This document shows, piece after piece, positions 16,521 to 25,187 of a stretch of 26,740 nt of DNA (positions within the stretch are counted from its first letter, which is position 1; every line of letters begins with the position of its first letter). The position numbers and the translations under genes are program-made. The stretch is from positions 1 through 26,740 of IMG/VR virus record IMGVR_UViG_3300049844_000278; one strand, given 5' to 3'. The notes below the pieces were generated by a model, which saw nothing but the letters and a program-made list of their open reading frames with translations, was not told where the DNA came from and made no database searches. Source of the DNA: a virus (taxonomy: Duplodnaviria > Caudoviricetes).

Positions 16521-18743
16521 CTACCCTCTGTATTGGCTGTTAATCGTGTATTTGCCCACAATCTCAAGGACGGACATCGGGTATGATTCCCGGCTCTCAA
16601 TCTTGAAGCTGATGGACATGAACTTGCGTTCGGCGCGGTTGGTTACAACGACCATCGGGTCGGTGTCCATTGAGAATGTGAAGCGGCTGAAGTCGACATT
16701 GCTGAAGTCGAAGTAGCCATCGTACCGCTCTTTGACAATTCCCTGGGTCGAGTAGTAGATTCGGCAACCGGTATTGGGGTACTTGGCAAAGCGCGCCCAA
16801 AGGTTCTTCAAGGTCTTGCGGCGGGTAATATCCCCCATGTTCAGGATAGGCGTGGTCCAATACGCGATGACCGGTATCATGTAACGGTCGGTAACGTAGG
16901 CGCAGCTATTCCAATAGGTCGTGTTATCCAGGTAGATGCCAATCCCTTGGTGTTCCTTGATACAGACATACTTGTCCTCGGTATGAGCCGGGTCATAGAC
17001 CACATCGTTGACATGGTATAGGGTCCCGGCGCTAAATGAGGTCGCGGAGGTTACGAGCTCATCGCTGTATTCATTGTTCTCGCCACTGACCTTTAGGTGG
17101 CAGAACTTGCCATCGGTCGTGCCGAAGTACAGCACGTTGTTTTTAATCGAGTAGCATTGCACGTCCATGTTGTCCCAATAGAACCAATCGTACTGGTAGG
17201 ATTCCGAGGCGGATTTCTTTTCGCTGCTCCGGTAGCGGTAATCGGCGATATAGATATGGCTGTTGATGCAGATGAAGTATTTGCTGTCATAGACGAACGC
17301 AATTGCGTTTGCGACGTTGGTTTCGCTCAGCAGCTGGGGGTTGATGTAGAACCCCCTATCCTGGGTGGATTGCACGTTGGTAAAGGACGCGGTCGTAATC
17401 GCGGATACCCCGGCCTCGGACAACCATAGGGGGTCGTCACGCAGGTTGGCGAAGGAATTCCCCGCAATCGCGCCTAAGCCCGATATGGATGGCTTATTGG
17501 GGAAGATGACCTCATTATCATCGTCCAATTGGCACGACCTTAAGTACATGGTCGGCTCGATGTTGTTCTTTTCGCAATGGACCACCATGTAATCGCCGTA
17601 CATGCTGTACCCAATCTTGTTATTGGTTCCTAGGAACGCGTAATCGTATTCGCCCATGTAGAGCTCGGACGTGGTGCCGGATATGCTGTCCGTTACCTTT
17701 AGCCAGCGTTCGTAATTGCCACCGATACCACTTGTAACGTTACAGAAGAAAATGTAGTTGCGGGCGCCGTTCAGGCCGAAGAACCCGTACTGTGTATAAC
17801 CGTTGATTTGCGAACCATAGGTCTTAGGGGCGCTGTCCTTCATGTAGCATATCTTGATGTTATCGACCCCGGTGCTATACGTGGCGTGCGGGACCTTATT
17901 GAAGACGACCCGGTTATTGGCGGCGTCATAGGACGCGGTCATCGTATCGCCGGTACCCCCGGCCCCATGTAATGTTGTACTAAAGGAACCATCCGGTTGC
18001 ATTTGGTGGATGGCCCAATGGTCGGTCGGCGTGTAGACCCCGGTCGTGGAATCCAGGTAGTAGTTGACCGAGGACCCATCGCTTAGGAAGCGGTTGATGT
18101 AATAGTTGGTCAGCGTGTTCTTGGCTTCATAGCTGGTCCCTAACCCGGCTGGGTTGCAGGCAATCTTGGTCGTTGGGATATAACCCTTGCCGGCCACGCT
18201 TAAGTAGCCGTTATCGTAGGAGTTCTCATAGCGCACGTAAAGGGCATTGGCCGAGGCATAACAGTGGATGATAATCATATCATCGGCGGCGGTCTCATGG
18301 TTGCCCTGGACCAGCAGGTAATTGCTCTGTGAGGCAAAGGTAATGATGTTGGACTTCTTGGCCTGTAAGGTCAATTCACGCGACCCGGTTACGATGTGTT
18401 TGACAATCGTCCAGGTGGTGTTGTAGTCATCGTAATACCACATCTTCGTACCGGCCTGGACAAAGGTTACGTTGATAACCCGGCTGGCACTGTACATCGT
18501 ACCGCTGACCGTTGTGTGCTTGACGCACCATATTTTGTTAGCGGCCCCGAAGTCGTGGTCGATATGGCTGCCCCGGCGTTTCTCAATCCCGCCCTGGGAG
18601 CCCACTATCATGTTCTTGCAATCCGGCGAGCGGCGGGTATTGACCTCGGACTCATGGGTGGTAAAATCCACGCCCTGAAAATCCTTCAGCTGGAATTCCT
18701 CGTACTTGATGGGATTGGGGAACTTGTACGCTTTGACCGTCAT
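16521..18743 (-). CDS. Tail tubular protein B / P22 gp10-like nozzle (DNA stabilisation) protein (740 aa)
   Basis: N-terminal DFQGVDF...SPDCKNM...GGIEKRRG, beta-propeller-like body (LWLSEAGV, LYFGTTDG), C-terminal AYWTTP..MGD...RKTLK. Located after the adaptor gene. Confidence 0.7.
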   Translation of the reverse strand: MTVKAYKFPNPIKYEEFQLKDFQGVDFTTHESEVNTRRSPDCKNMIVGSQGGIEKRRGSHIDHDFGAANKIWCVKHTTVSGTMYSASRVINVTFVQAGTKMWYYDDYNTTWTIVKHIVTGSRELTLQAKKSNIITFASQSNYLLVQGNHETAADDMIIIHCYASANALYVRYENSYDNGYLSVAGKGYIPTTKIACNPAGLGTSYEAKNTLTNYYINRFLSDGSSVNYYLDSTTGVYTPTDHWAIHQMQPDGSFSTTLHGAGGTGDTMTASYDAANNRVVFNKVPHATYSTGVDNIKICYMKDSAPKTYGSQINGYTQYGFFGLNGARNYIFFCNVTSGIGGNYERWLKVTDSISGTTSELYMGEYDYAFLGTNNKIGYSMYGDYMVVHCEKNNIEPTMYLRSCQLDDDNEVIFPNKPSISGLGAIAGNSFANLRDDPLWLSEAGVSAITTASFTNVQSTQDRGFYINPQLLSETNVANAIAFVYDSKYFICINSHIYIADYRYRSSEKKSASESYQYDWFYWDNMDVQCYSIKNNVLYFGTTDGKFCHLKVSGENNEYSDELVTSATSFSAGTLYHVNDVVYDPAHTEDKYVCIKEHQGIGIYLDNTTYWNSCAYVTDRYMIPVIAYWTTPILNMGDITRRKTLKNLWARFAKYPNTGCRIYYSTQGIVKERYDGYFDFSNVDFSRFTFSMDTDPMVVVTNRAERKFMSISFKIESRESYPMSVLEIVGKYTINSQYRG

Positions 18744-19150
18744 GAGGTGCTTTCCTCGTCGGTGCTGTCATACGTGGTGTAGTAGTCGGTCACATCGCTG
18801 GCAATCAGGAAGCTTTCCAGGCGTTGCGATTCCTCGTAGCGTTGGCTGAAGAAGCCGGCCCTGATGGTTTCGTCATCAGCTAAGGCAATCAGCTGGGCAA
18901 TCCCGTTGGGTAAGACATTGCGCACGATGGCGTCCTGGTAGGTCAGCGTTTCGCTTAAGGCCGTCAGGACCGGGCGTGTAGTTAAGACCGCTGTCCCGTT
19001 ATGGGCGCGGACGTTGTTTTCAAGGTTGAAGGTCTGTTGCAGGACCGTGTTGATAAAGGATAGCTTTATCGTGTCGGAGTAAACAGATAGGGTGGAGTAT
19101 TCCATCCCCATTATGCCAGCGGTATAGGTGAGTAATTCGGTTCCGGTCAT
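18740..19150 (-). CDS. Putative head-tail adaptor / tail tubular protein A (136 aa)
   Basis: Start moved to ATG 19150 (MTGTELL), which follows an AAAGGGGGA SD. Helical protein between the capsid and nozzle genes; ATGA overlap with the next gene. Confidence 0.6.
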   Translation of the reverse strand: MTGTELLTYTAGIMGMEYSTLSVYSDTIKLSFINTVLQQTFNLENNVRAHNGTAVLTTRPVLTALSETLTYQDAIVRNVLPNGIAQLIALADDETIRAGFFSQRYEESQRLESFLIASDVTDYYTTYDSTDEESTS

Positions 19151-19172
19151 AGGTTGTTCCCCCTTTAGGGTA

Positions 19173-19200
19173 AAGGGGCAAGGCAAAGGCCTTACCCCTT
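19173..19200 (-). terminator. Strong hairpin after the capsid gene (leaky terminator or 3' stabiliser)
   Basis: AAGGGGUAAGGC-CUUU-GCCUUGCCCCUU, 12 bp with one U-G pair that forms only on the minus strand. U-tract is poor. Confidence 0.6.
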
Positions 19201-19208
19201 AATTAAAA

Positions 19209-20282
19209 TCAGGTATTAACGTTCGGTGTTGCGAGGTTGCTGCCATACATGGCTGTCTTGGACGCACACGCATTGATGGTGACACCGGCGCCGGCATCGA
19301 ATGCACCGGAGTAGGTAACGGCGGATTTGCTGTAACGCGGGTCTGTGCCATCAAGGGTGTACTTGATAACGGCAGAACCGGTCGCGCAAGTAATCGTATG
19401 CGACGGGGCAACGCCGTCGACGATTGCCGGGGTGGCAACCTGGGCGGTTGAACCGTTGGCCAAACAAGCATAGATGCCGTTGGCTTTCTTGCCTAATACG
19501 AAAGCGTCAAAGTATTGACGGCCTTCCAGCAAGGAACCATCGAGTCCAGCTACATCGGTCAGGATACGGAGGGTCTTAATCTTGAACGGATTCAGGCCGG
19601 AGTCCTTATGGAATGCCAGGAACGCGAGGTCGGTCGGCAGGTAGCTGTCGGGTACCTTGGTGATGGTGAAGCCCATGCACTCCCCGACGACGCCTTTGCC
19701 TAAAGCTTTGGCAGCGAGCTGGTCGACGGCGAGGAATTCGGTGGCTAAACGGAGCAGGTTGAAGTGGGTCGCACTGATGAGCATGTGACGTCCTTCAATG
19801 GGTACGAAGTTGTTGGTAAACCAGGTATCACAATCGGCAATCAAGCCGACGATGGTGCCTTTAGCGATGGTCGCACCAGCAATGACAACCTTACCACCCT
19901 CGCGGGCAAGTTTGGCAATCGTGTACTGGTCGGTGAACGGTGCGAGCTGTTCATCGATTTCAAGCTTGAGCATATCGCCGGCGCCTTTGATATTCAATTG
20001 GTCAACGTTGTTGCCTTTGTCAATTGAGATACTGAAGGACTTATCTTGGGACATGCTGAGCTCTTGGACTTCATCCGTCAGTTCCGTGGTGGTTCCAAAA
20101 CGAGCTCCGACCGACGCTGCACGGTTGTAATCCTGTAAGGCGACGCTGATAGGCGAGTAGATATTGATAGAGCGGACACCGGCAAAGTTGTACTTGTTAG
20201 ACAGTTTGCCAGCGATGTATGACGAGCCAATCCATTTATTAAGGACGGCGGCTTCATACTTAGAGGCTAAGTTGATGGCCAT
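19209..20282 (-). CDS. Major capsid protein with C-terminal Ig-like (CHB_HEX_C / Fn3-associated-like) domain (357 aa)
   Basis: MAINLASKYE...SQDKSFSISIDKGN...VPIEGRHMLIS...GVVGECMGFTITKVP...LLEGRQYFDAFVL capsid pattern, located after the scaffold gene. C-terminal VATPAI...IKYTLDGTDP...YSGAF. Confidence 0.85.
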   Translation of the reverse strand: MAINLASKYEAAVLNKWIGSSYIAGKLSNKYNFAGVRSINIYSPISVALQDYNRAASVGARFGTTTELTDEVQELSMSQDKSFSISIDKGNNVDQLNIKGAGDMLKLEIDEQLAPFTDQYTIAKLAREGGKVVIAGATIAKGTIVGLIADCDTWFTNNFVPIEGRHMLISATHFNLLRLATEFLAVDQLAAKALGKGVVGECMGFTITKVPDSYLPTDLAFLAFHKDSGLNPFKIKTLRILTDVAGLDGSLLEGRQYFDAFVLGKKANGIYACLANGSTAQVATPAIVDGVAPSHTITCATGSAVIKYTLDGTDPRYSKSAVTYSGAFDAGAGVTINACASKTAMYGSNLATPNVNT

Positions 20283-20300
20283 TGGTGGCCCCCTTTCCCG

Positions 20301-21089
20301 TTATTGCGTGAATAACGCTTCGAGGAACGGGTCTTTCTTGGTATCGCTTTCGCCAGTTTTGAATGAACCGGAGTCGCGCTGCTTGACGCTTGCGTTCTGC
20401 AAGGCCAGCTGGCGCTCAGCTTCGGCTTTGGCGGTTAAATGTTTGGCATAGGCCACAATCGGTTTGGTGCCGCTGTTGACCATGTCCTTGAACTCTTGGG
20501 GGTACTCATCGAAAGACTTGTAGTTCCGTGTTTCGGGGTACGCCTCGAGCATTTCATTGAAGCTATCGACCAGTGGGTCGGGTGCCTCAGCGGCCTGTTT
20601 ACTTGCGGCTATCTGAGCTTTTTCCAGCTCCAAGCCAGCTACATATAAGGCCTGCTCGTGTTCGTAACCCTGGTCCTCGAGCTCGGTAGCCCTCTTCTCT
20701 AACCTTAGCTGCTTGGCGTTTTCCTGCAATTCACCCAGGAACGTCTTGACATCTTCATGCCCCATTTCCTTGGCTATATTACGCAGCGCTAACAGTTCAG
20801 GCGCGTTCTTAAGGCTTTCCTTCTCTTGGAATACGTGGTCGTAGTTACGACCCTTTTGTGCCAATTCGGTCAGTTGGTCGAGGCTGTATTCCTCATCCTG
20901 GCCGTTGTACTTGATTTTGAACTTGTTAGCCGTTTCTGTGGCTGGTGTCGCGCTGGTATCCTGGGTATCAATGTCCGGCTCATTTACGGAACTGAAGTCC
21001 TCGGCTACAAACGCGAAGTCGTCTCCCGTTGATGCGGGCGCTGGCGCTGCTGTAATCCCTGCTGGTGACGCATTGGTTTGCTGTGTCAT
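20301..21089 (-). CDS. Capsid scaffolding protein
   Basis: Acidic disordered N-terminus, FKIKYNGQDEEY...LAQKGRNYD motif, coiled coil and C-terminal DPFLEALF. Located between portal and capsid. ATG 21089 has an AGGA SD (track start is GTG 21104). Confidence 0.8.
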   Translation of the reverse strand: MTQQTNASPAGITAAPAPASTGDDFAFVAEDFSSVNEPDIDTQDTSATPATETANKFKIKYNGQDEEYSLDQLTELAQKGRNYDHVFQEKESLKNAPELLALRNIAKEMGHEDVKTFLGELQENAKQLRLEKRATELEDQGYEHEQALYVAGLELEKAQIAASKQAAEAPDPLVDSFNEMLEAYPETRNYKSFDEYPQEFKDMVNSGTKPIVAYAKHLTAKAEAERQLALQNASVKQRDSGSFKTGESDTKKDPFLEALFTQ

Positions 21090-21148
21090 TTGATTCCTGT
21101 CCACCGCCTATGGTTGGGCGGTTATATATCACGCCTAAGCGTTGATAC

Positions 21149-21343
21149 CTAATTGGTTTTCTTGACGATTTCCACGTCTACATCGGTTTCCTGGACCTGG
21201 TCCTTCAAGGGGCAATGCTTCCAGCCACAGACATAGTTGCGTTCGATGTATTCCTTATTGCCTTTAGTATATTCCCTAACGCCCCCGACCCTCAATACAT
21301 TTCCGCACGATTTGCAGACATTCAGGTTCTCTTTGTTCTTCAT
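21149..21343 (-). CDS. Small zinc-ribbon-like protein (64 aa)
   Basis: CKSC...CGWKHCP; ATGA overlap with the portal stop. Confidence 0.6.
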   Translation of the reverse strand: MKNKENLNVCKSCGNVLRVGGVREYTKGNKEYIERNYVCGWKHCPLKDQVQETDVDVEIVKKTN

Positions 21344-22986
21344 ACGCGCGGCTTGGCCCCTCCCCGCTGGGTTATGCCGTTAATCGACCCGCCGGCATAG
21401 GTTGGCTGGCTGACCGGGCGGCTTGAACTCACATCCGGTTGGATAGGTTGGCCGGTGGCCGGGTCAAGCCCTTGGGCCTGCATCATCATGGCGTTCTGCT
21501 GCATTTCACGGATGGCATCGATGATGTCGCCCTTGTTTGGCAGGATACCCTTCGGCAGCTGTTCCAGGTAAGTAATGGGGTCCGGTATGATGCCGGCCTT
21601 GTACATGTTATCGAGCGTCTGAATCTGTGTAATCTCGGACCAGTAAGCAGCTGCACCGACCTCAACATTGATTTCGATATCGCTGTTACGCAGGTCCGCA
21701 AAGTTAAAGGCCATCTTGCCATCGGCCACCGTATCGGTCTCAAAGGTTACCGGGCGGATGCCGTAAAAGGCGGCCATGATGTCCATGATGATATGCACGC
21801 TGTCCTCGACCACTTGGTAGTAGTCCAGCTTTTGAAGTTCAAGCGGTTGGCTGGCGCTCTTCTGTACCGCGATGATGGCTGATGTATTGACAGGGTCGAC
21901 GTCGCCTAATGCCACGTCGAAGATACCCAGGGCGGCCTTGGTCTTGTCGACCAGGTCGTTGATGTAATCGATGATTTGGGTTGAGATTTGAATCGTCGGG
22001 CTGGATACCGCAATCGCTTCGCGCGGGTCGCCGTTAACGCCTAAAGCCTCAACCTTATTGGACCAGGTGGCAATCTTGGTCATATCGTACAGGAGCTTCG
22101 GGAACGCCAACTTTTTGACGTACTCGTTGAGCATCATGTAATACTTGTTAATCATGATTTGGTTCTGCCGGATTTCAGTTATCGGGCTGACCCCGTGGTA
22201 ACTGTTCTTCTGTGTCTTCCAGGACATCTTGTTAATCGGGTACAAGGCCTGGCCTAAACCGGTTTCAGGAACCAGGATAAGCTTCTGCGTGGTCTTCATG
22301 AAGCGGACCTCGCCGTCCTCTTTCCAAAGCTTTGTCAGCACGGTGGTATATTTCTTAACGGTCTTGGCATCCATTTCCCGTTGGTTATAATCATCGGCAT
22401 CGTCCATGACCTCGCCCTCATTGGCTTTAGCCATATCCTTGACGGTATCGGTCAGCAGCTTGGATACGATAATGACATAAGGCTGGTACTCGACGTTGGG
22501 CTCGGCCGGGTCGCCGAAGATAACGTTGGTGTTGTCCAGGATTTCCAGGTCGATATCCCCAATGAAAGCCTGGTCCTTGCGCTTATCGGTGTTATACCAC
22601 CAATGGAACAGTGAGTCCCCATCCAGCGAGGCGTTCTTGATGAACCCGCGCGTCTTGGTTCTGAACTTGGTGCGCTCGAGGACTTTCATGATGGCTTCAT
22701 TGATGACGTACTCCAGGGCTGTACGGGTTTCATCGCTCAGGTAATTGGGTAACGTTACATTGACCCCGATGTCATCACTGACCAGCATGGATACGGCATA
22801 GTCGACCCATTGCTTGACGATGTTCAGGACCGGCTTCTCGATATCCGGGGCTGGCACTCCCTCCCATTGCTTGCCAAGGTAGAAGTTTTGGTTGTACTTG
22901 ACGTTGTCATACAGTTCCAGGGTGGTCTTGTAAGACACCCCGTCATTGTACTCGCCCCATATCCCAATGGCGTCTTTCTTAATCAT
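21340..22986 (-). CDS. Portal protein (548 aa)
   Basis: NQNFYLGKQW...PVLNIVK, YHGVSPI..IRQNQIMINK, NTSAIIAVQ; Q/M-rich C-terminus. Located after terL. Confidence 0.85.
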   Translation of the reverse strand: MIKKDAIGIWGEYNDGVSYKTTLELYDNVKYNQNFYLGKQWEGVPAPDIEKPVLNIVKQWVDYAVSMLVSDDIGVNVTLPNYLSDETRTALEYVINEAIMKVLERTKFRTKTRGFIKNASLDGDSLFHWWYNTDKRKDQAFIGDIDLEILDNTNVIFGDPAEPNVEYQPYVIIVSKLLTDTVKDMAKANEGEVMDDADDYNQREMDAKTVKKYTTVLTKLWKEDGEVRFMKTTQKLILVPETGLGQALYPINKMSWKTQKNSYHGVSPITEIRQNQIMINKYYMMLNEYVKKLAFPKLLYDMTKIATWSNKVEALGVNGDPREAIAVSSPTIQISTQIIDYINDLVDKTKAALGIFDVALGDVDPVNTSAIIAVQKSASQPLELQKLDYYQVVEDSVHIIMDIMAAFYGIRPVTFETDTVADGKMAFNFADLRNSDIEINVEVGAAAYWSEITQIQTLDNMYKAGIIPDPITYLEQLPKGILPNKGDIIDAIREMQQNAMMMQAQGLDPATGQPIQPDVSSSRPVSQPTYAGGSINGITQRGGAKPRV

Positions 22987-23263
22987 CGTTGCTCACCACG
23001 CTTTCCCGTTCGTCCTTACCGTTCCAGTTCAAGGCATCGAACATTTGTTTAACCCGGTCGGCATCCAGTTTGGCCTGTTTGCGACGCAATTCTTCCATTT
23101 CAGCCTCAAGTGGGTCCGGGATGGATAACACCACCGGTTTAGGCGCTTCCACCCATTTGCGCATGAAAGCCGGGAACCCCACGCCGGTCCAGTAGCCCAG
23201 CAGGAAGGTCAGCGTGTTAACCAGCATAATCACAACGTATCCAAGTACCCATGTCAATTGCAT
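22979..23263 (-). CDS. Hypothetical protein with an N-terminal transmembrane helix (94 aa)
   Basis: Hydrophobic aa ~3-31 then a charged helix; fills the gap between terL and portal. Confidence 0.6.
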   Translation of the reverse strand: MQLTWVLGYVVIMLVNTLTFLLGYWTGVGFPAFMRKWVEAPKPVVLSIPDPLEAEMEELRRKQAKLDADRVKQMFDALNWNGKDERESVVSNDD

Positions 23264-23266
23264 TGT

Positions 23267-24721
23267 TTAACCCCTGTACGCTAAGAGCGCGTCGATTTGG
23301 TCATCATCGTTCCACCTATCCGGGTCAACCTTGGGAATGATGGCAATGATGTTGCGAAGCTTATTCAAGGCCTGGGTCATGGCGTCCACTTCATCATCAT
23401 GGTCGCTGTTGGGGAAGTCGGCTGCCTCATTGACCAGGTCATAGTGGCTCCGGTGGATATACACGTCCCCGGCTTCTATCATCGGGGTTACGGCATAGGC
23501 CCGGGCTTCCTTACCGCCCTCCGGGTTGACCGGTATGACCGCTTGGTATCTTCGGTTCAACACGTCGATGATGGCGCTGCCGTTGGCCTTGTCCTCGATG
23601 TAGATGGCTTTGTAGTCCATATGCCGGTGGATGATGCGGTTCATTTCCTCGACCGTCTGCACGAAACCAATCGGTTGTTTGAAGCGTTCTATCAGGTAGC
23701 ACTTGGGACCGGTCTTACCCCATACCTGGATGGCCACGTTATCGCTCTTGCTGCCTTCTTTGAAGTTGGCATCGACGCTGATTATCTTGTAGGCGATGTC
23801 CGGCAGCACGTCGTAGTATTGCCACCACTTCTTTAGGAACACGCCGCCCTCATCATCGGTAGGCATGCCCCTGTATAACGCGTTCCAGGCCCTTGAGCCG
23901 TTGGTTGTCTTATAGGAGCGTTTGAAGTCTTCAAGCCAGGCTTTGTCCTTGCCAATCTCAGGGAACAGCGCGTCGCCCCTATGCCGGCCCAATTCATCGG
24001 TGTCGGTTTCGCATTCGACCGGGAAGTTGATGATGGTTACGTTCTGCTCGGTTTGGGCTATCAACCCGTAGAGGTCCTCTTTATGCCAGCGGGTTTGGAT
24101 AACGATGACTTTGGCCCCTGGTGCAAGCCTGGGCTTGTAGCCGTCCGTGAACTCCCCAAACAGGGTGGAGCGCATGGTTTCGCTATCGGCGTCCTGGCGG
24201 TTCTTAATCGGGTCATCGATTATCATCAGCTCAGATGGTTTGCCGGCTATCCCGGAACTGATGCCCCGGCTGATGAAGGAGCCAATCCCATTATCCAGGA
24301 CGAACTCGTTGGCGGTATCCGGGTCGCCAATCTTGATGCCGAACAGCTCGCCCCCGTAATGCTCTATCTTATCGTGGTTACGGCGGGTAAACAGTTTGGC
24401 AAAGTCCTCGTTATAGCTTATCTCGATAACACGGTGGTAAGGGTGCAATCCCAGGTACCAGGAGGGCAGGGTTTCGGTAATGGTGGTGGACTTGCCATGT
24501 TGGGGCGGTACGCTCAATAACAGGATATCATACGCATGGCCGGTATGGGTCTCGACGAAGTCCTGGACCGCACGGCATAGGTAGCGGGTAAACTTGCCGT
24601 GTTTATAACGGCCCTCATGCACGTATTCGATGTACTCGGCATAATCGCGCTTGGATAGTTCCCGCATGACATCGGCATGGGATAAGCTTAAGCTAAGGCT
24701 ATTAGTTTGCGGCTGTGTCAT
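23267..24721 (-). CDS. terL: Terminase large subunit (484 aa)
   Basis: Walker A PPQHGKS, Walker B MIIDDPIK, IQTRW coupling motif, nuclease motifs SVDANF, IEDKANG and HDDEVDAMTQAL. Confidence 0.95.
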   Translation of the reverse strand: MTQPQTNSLSLSLSHADVMRELSKRDYAEYIEYVHEGRYKHGKFTRYLCRAVQDFVETHTGHAYDILLLSVPPQHGKSTTITETLPSWYLGLHPYHRVIEISYNEDFAKLFTRRNHDKIEHYGGELFGIKIGDPDTANEFVLDNGIGSFISRGISSGIAGKPSELMIIDDPIKNRQDADSETMRSTLFGEFTDGYKPRLAPGAKVIVIQTRWHKEDLYGLIAQTEQNVTIINFPVECETDTDELGRHRGDALFPEIGKDKAWLEDFKRSYKTTNGSRAWNALYRGMPTDDEGGVFLKKWWQYYDVLPDIAYKIISVDANFKEGSKSDNVAIQVWGKTGPKCYLIERFKQPIGFVQTVEEMNRIIHRHMDYKAIYIEDKANGSAIIDVLNRRYQAVIPVNPEGGKEARAYAVTPMIEAGDVYIHRSHYDLVNEAADFPNSDHDDEVDAMTQALNKLRNIIAIIPKVDPDRWNDDDQIDALLAYRG

Positions 24722-25109
24722 TCTCGAGCTTCCAGGTCAGCTCTTTCAGCTGGATAAGTTCCTCCTCGGTTAAATTGCTGAGGTTAAGCTTAATCTCGCT
24801 GGTGGTGTTGACATTGGTTTCAATCTTATCACTGTAACCGAACTTGTTCTTGAGGTAGAAGATTTTCATGACCTTATCGGCATAAGGGCTATTGATGGCC
24901 TCATCTTCAAGAATCAGCTGGATTCTTTTATACGTGTCAGGGTAATAATTCTGTTGCTGGTAATAGGTTTCCCTGGATATCCCGGCGAATACGCAAAAAC
25001 CCGCTATATTGGGGTAGCGGCGGATTTCCTTACAATGGTCAAGGTACAAGCTCAGCTGGTATTCGAGCTTATCCCCATCACTGAATGCGCGTCTTTTGCT
25101 GGCTGCCAT
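24702..25109 (-). CDS. terS: Terminase small subunit (135 aa)
   Basis: PNIAGFCVFAGISRETYY HTH-like segment and IFYLKNKFGYSDK motif; overlaps the terL start. Confidence 0.85.
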   Translation of the reverse strand: MAASKRRAFSDGDKLEYQLSLYLDHCKEIRRYPNIAGFCVFAGISRETYYQQQNYYPDTYKRIQLILEDEAINSPYADKVMKIFYLKNKFGYSDKIETNVNTTSEIKLNLSNLTEEELIQLKELTWKLENDTAAN

Positions 25110-25115
25110 AATTAA

Positions 25116-25128
25116 GCATATTATAGCA
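25116..25128 (-). promoter_or_regulatory. Extended -10 promoter directly upstream of terS
   Basis: TGCTATAAT at 25128-25120, only 10 nt before the terS ATG, with no SD. Same 13-mer as at 10063-10075. Confidence 0.65.
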
Positions 25129-25139
25129 TAATCGGGAAT

Positions 25140-25187
25140 AAAAAAAACAACACGTCTGAATTGGGTGGGGGAAGGTGACGTGCTGTT
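25140..25187 (-). terminator. Intrinsic terminator with a large C-rich loop
   Basis: AACAGCACGUC / GACGUGUUGUU 11-bp stem, 20-nt loop ACCUUCCCCCACCCAAUUCA, U8 tract at 25147-25140 (partly overlapping the stem base). Confidence 0.7.

Noticed and set aside
25096-25124. Possible plus-strand promoter TTGCTG-17-TATTAT firing antisense to the ncRNA
   Set aside because: Its -10 is a by-product of the minus-strand promoter core, its -35 lies in terS coding sequence, and I saw no matching terminator or gene. Too weak without TSS data.
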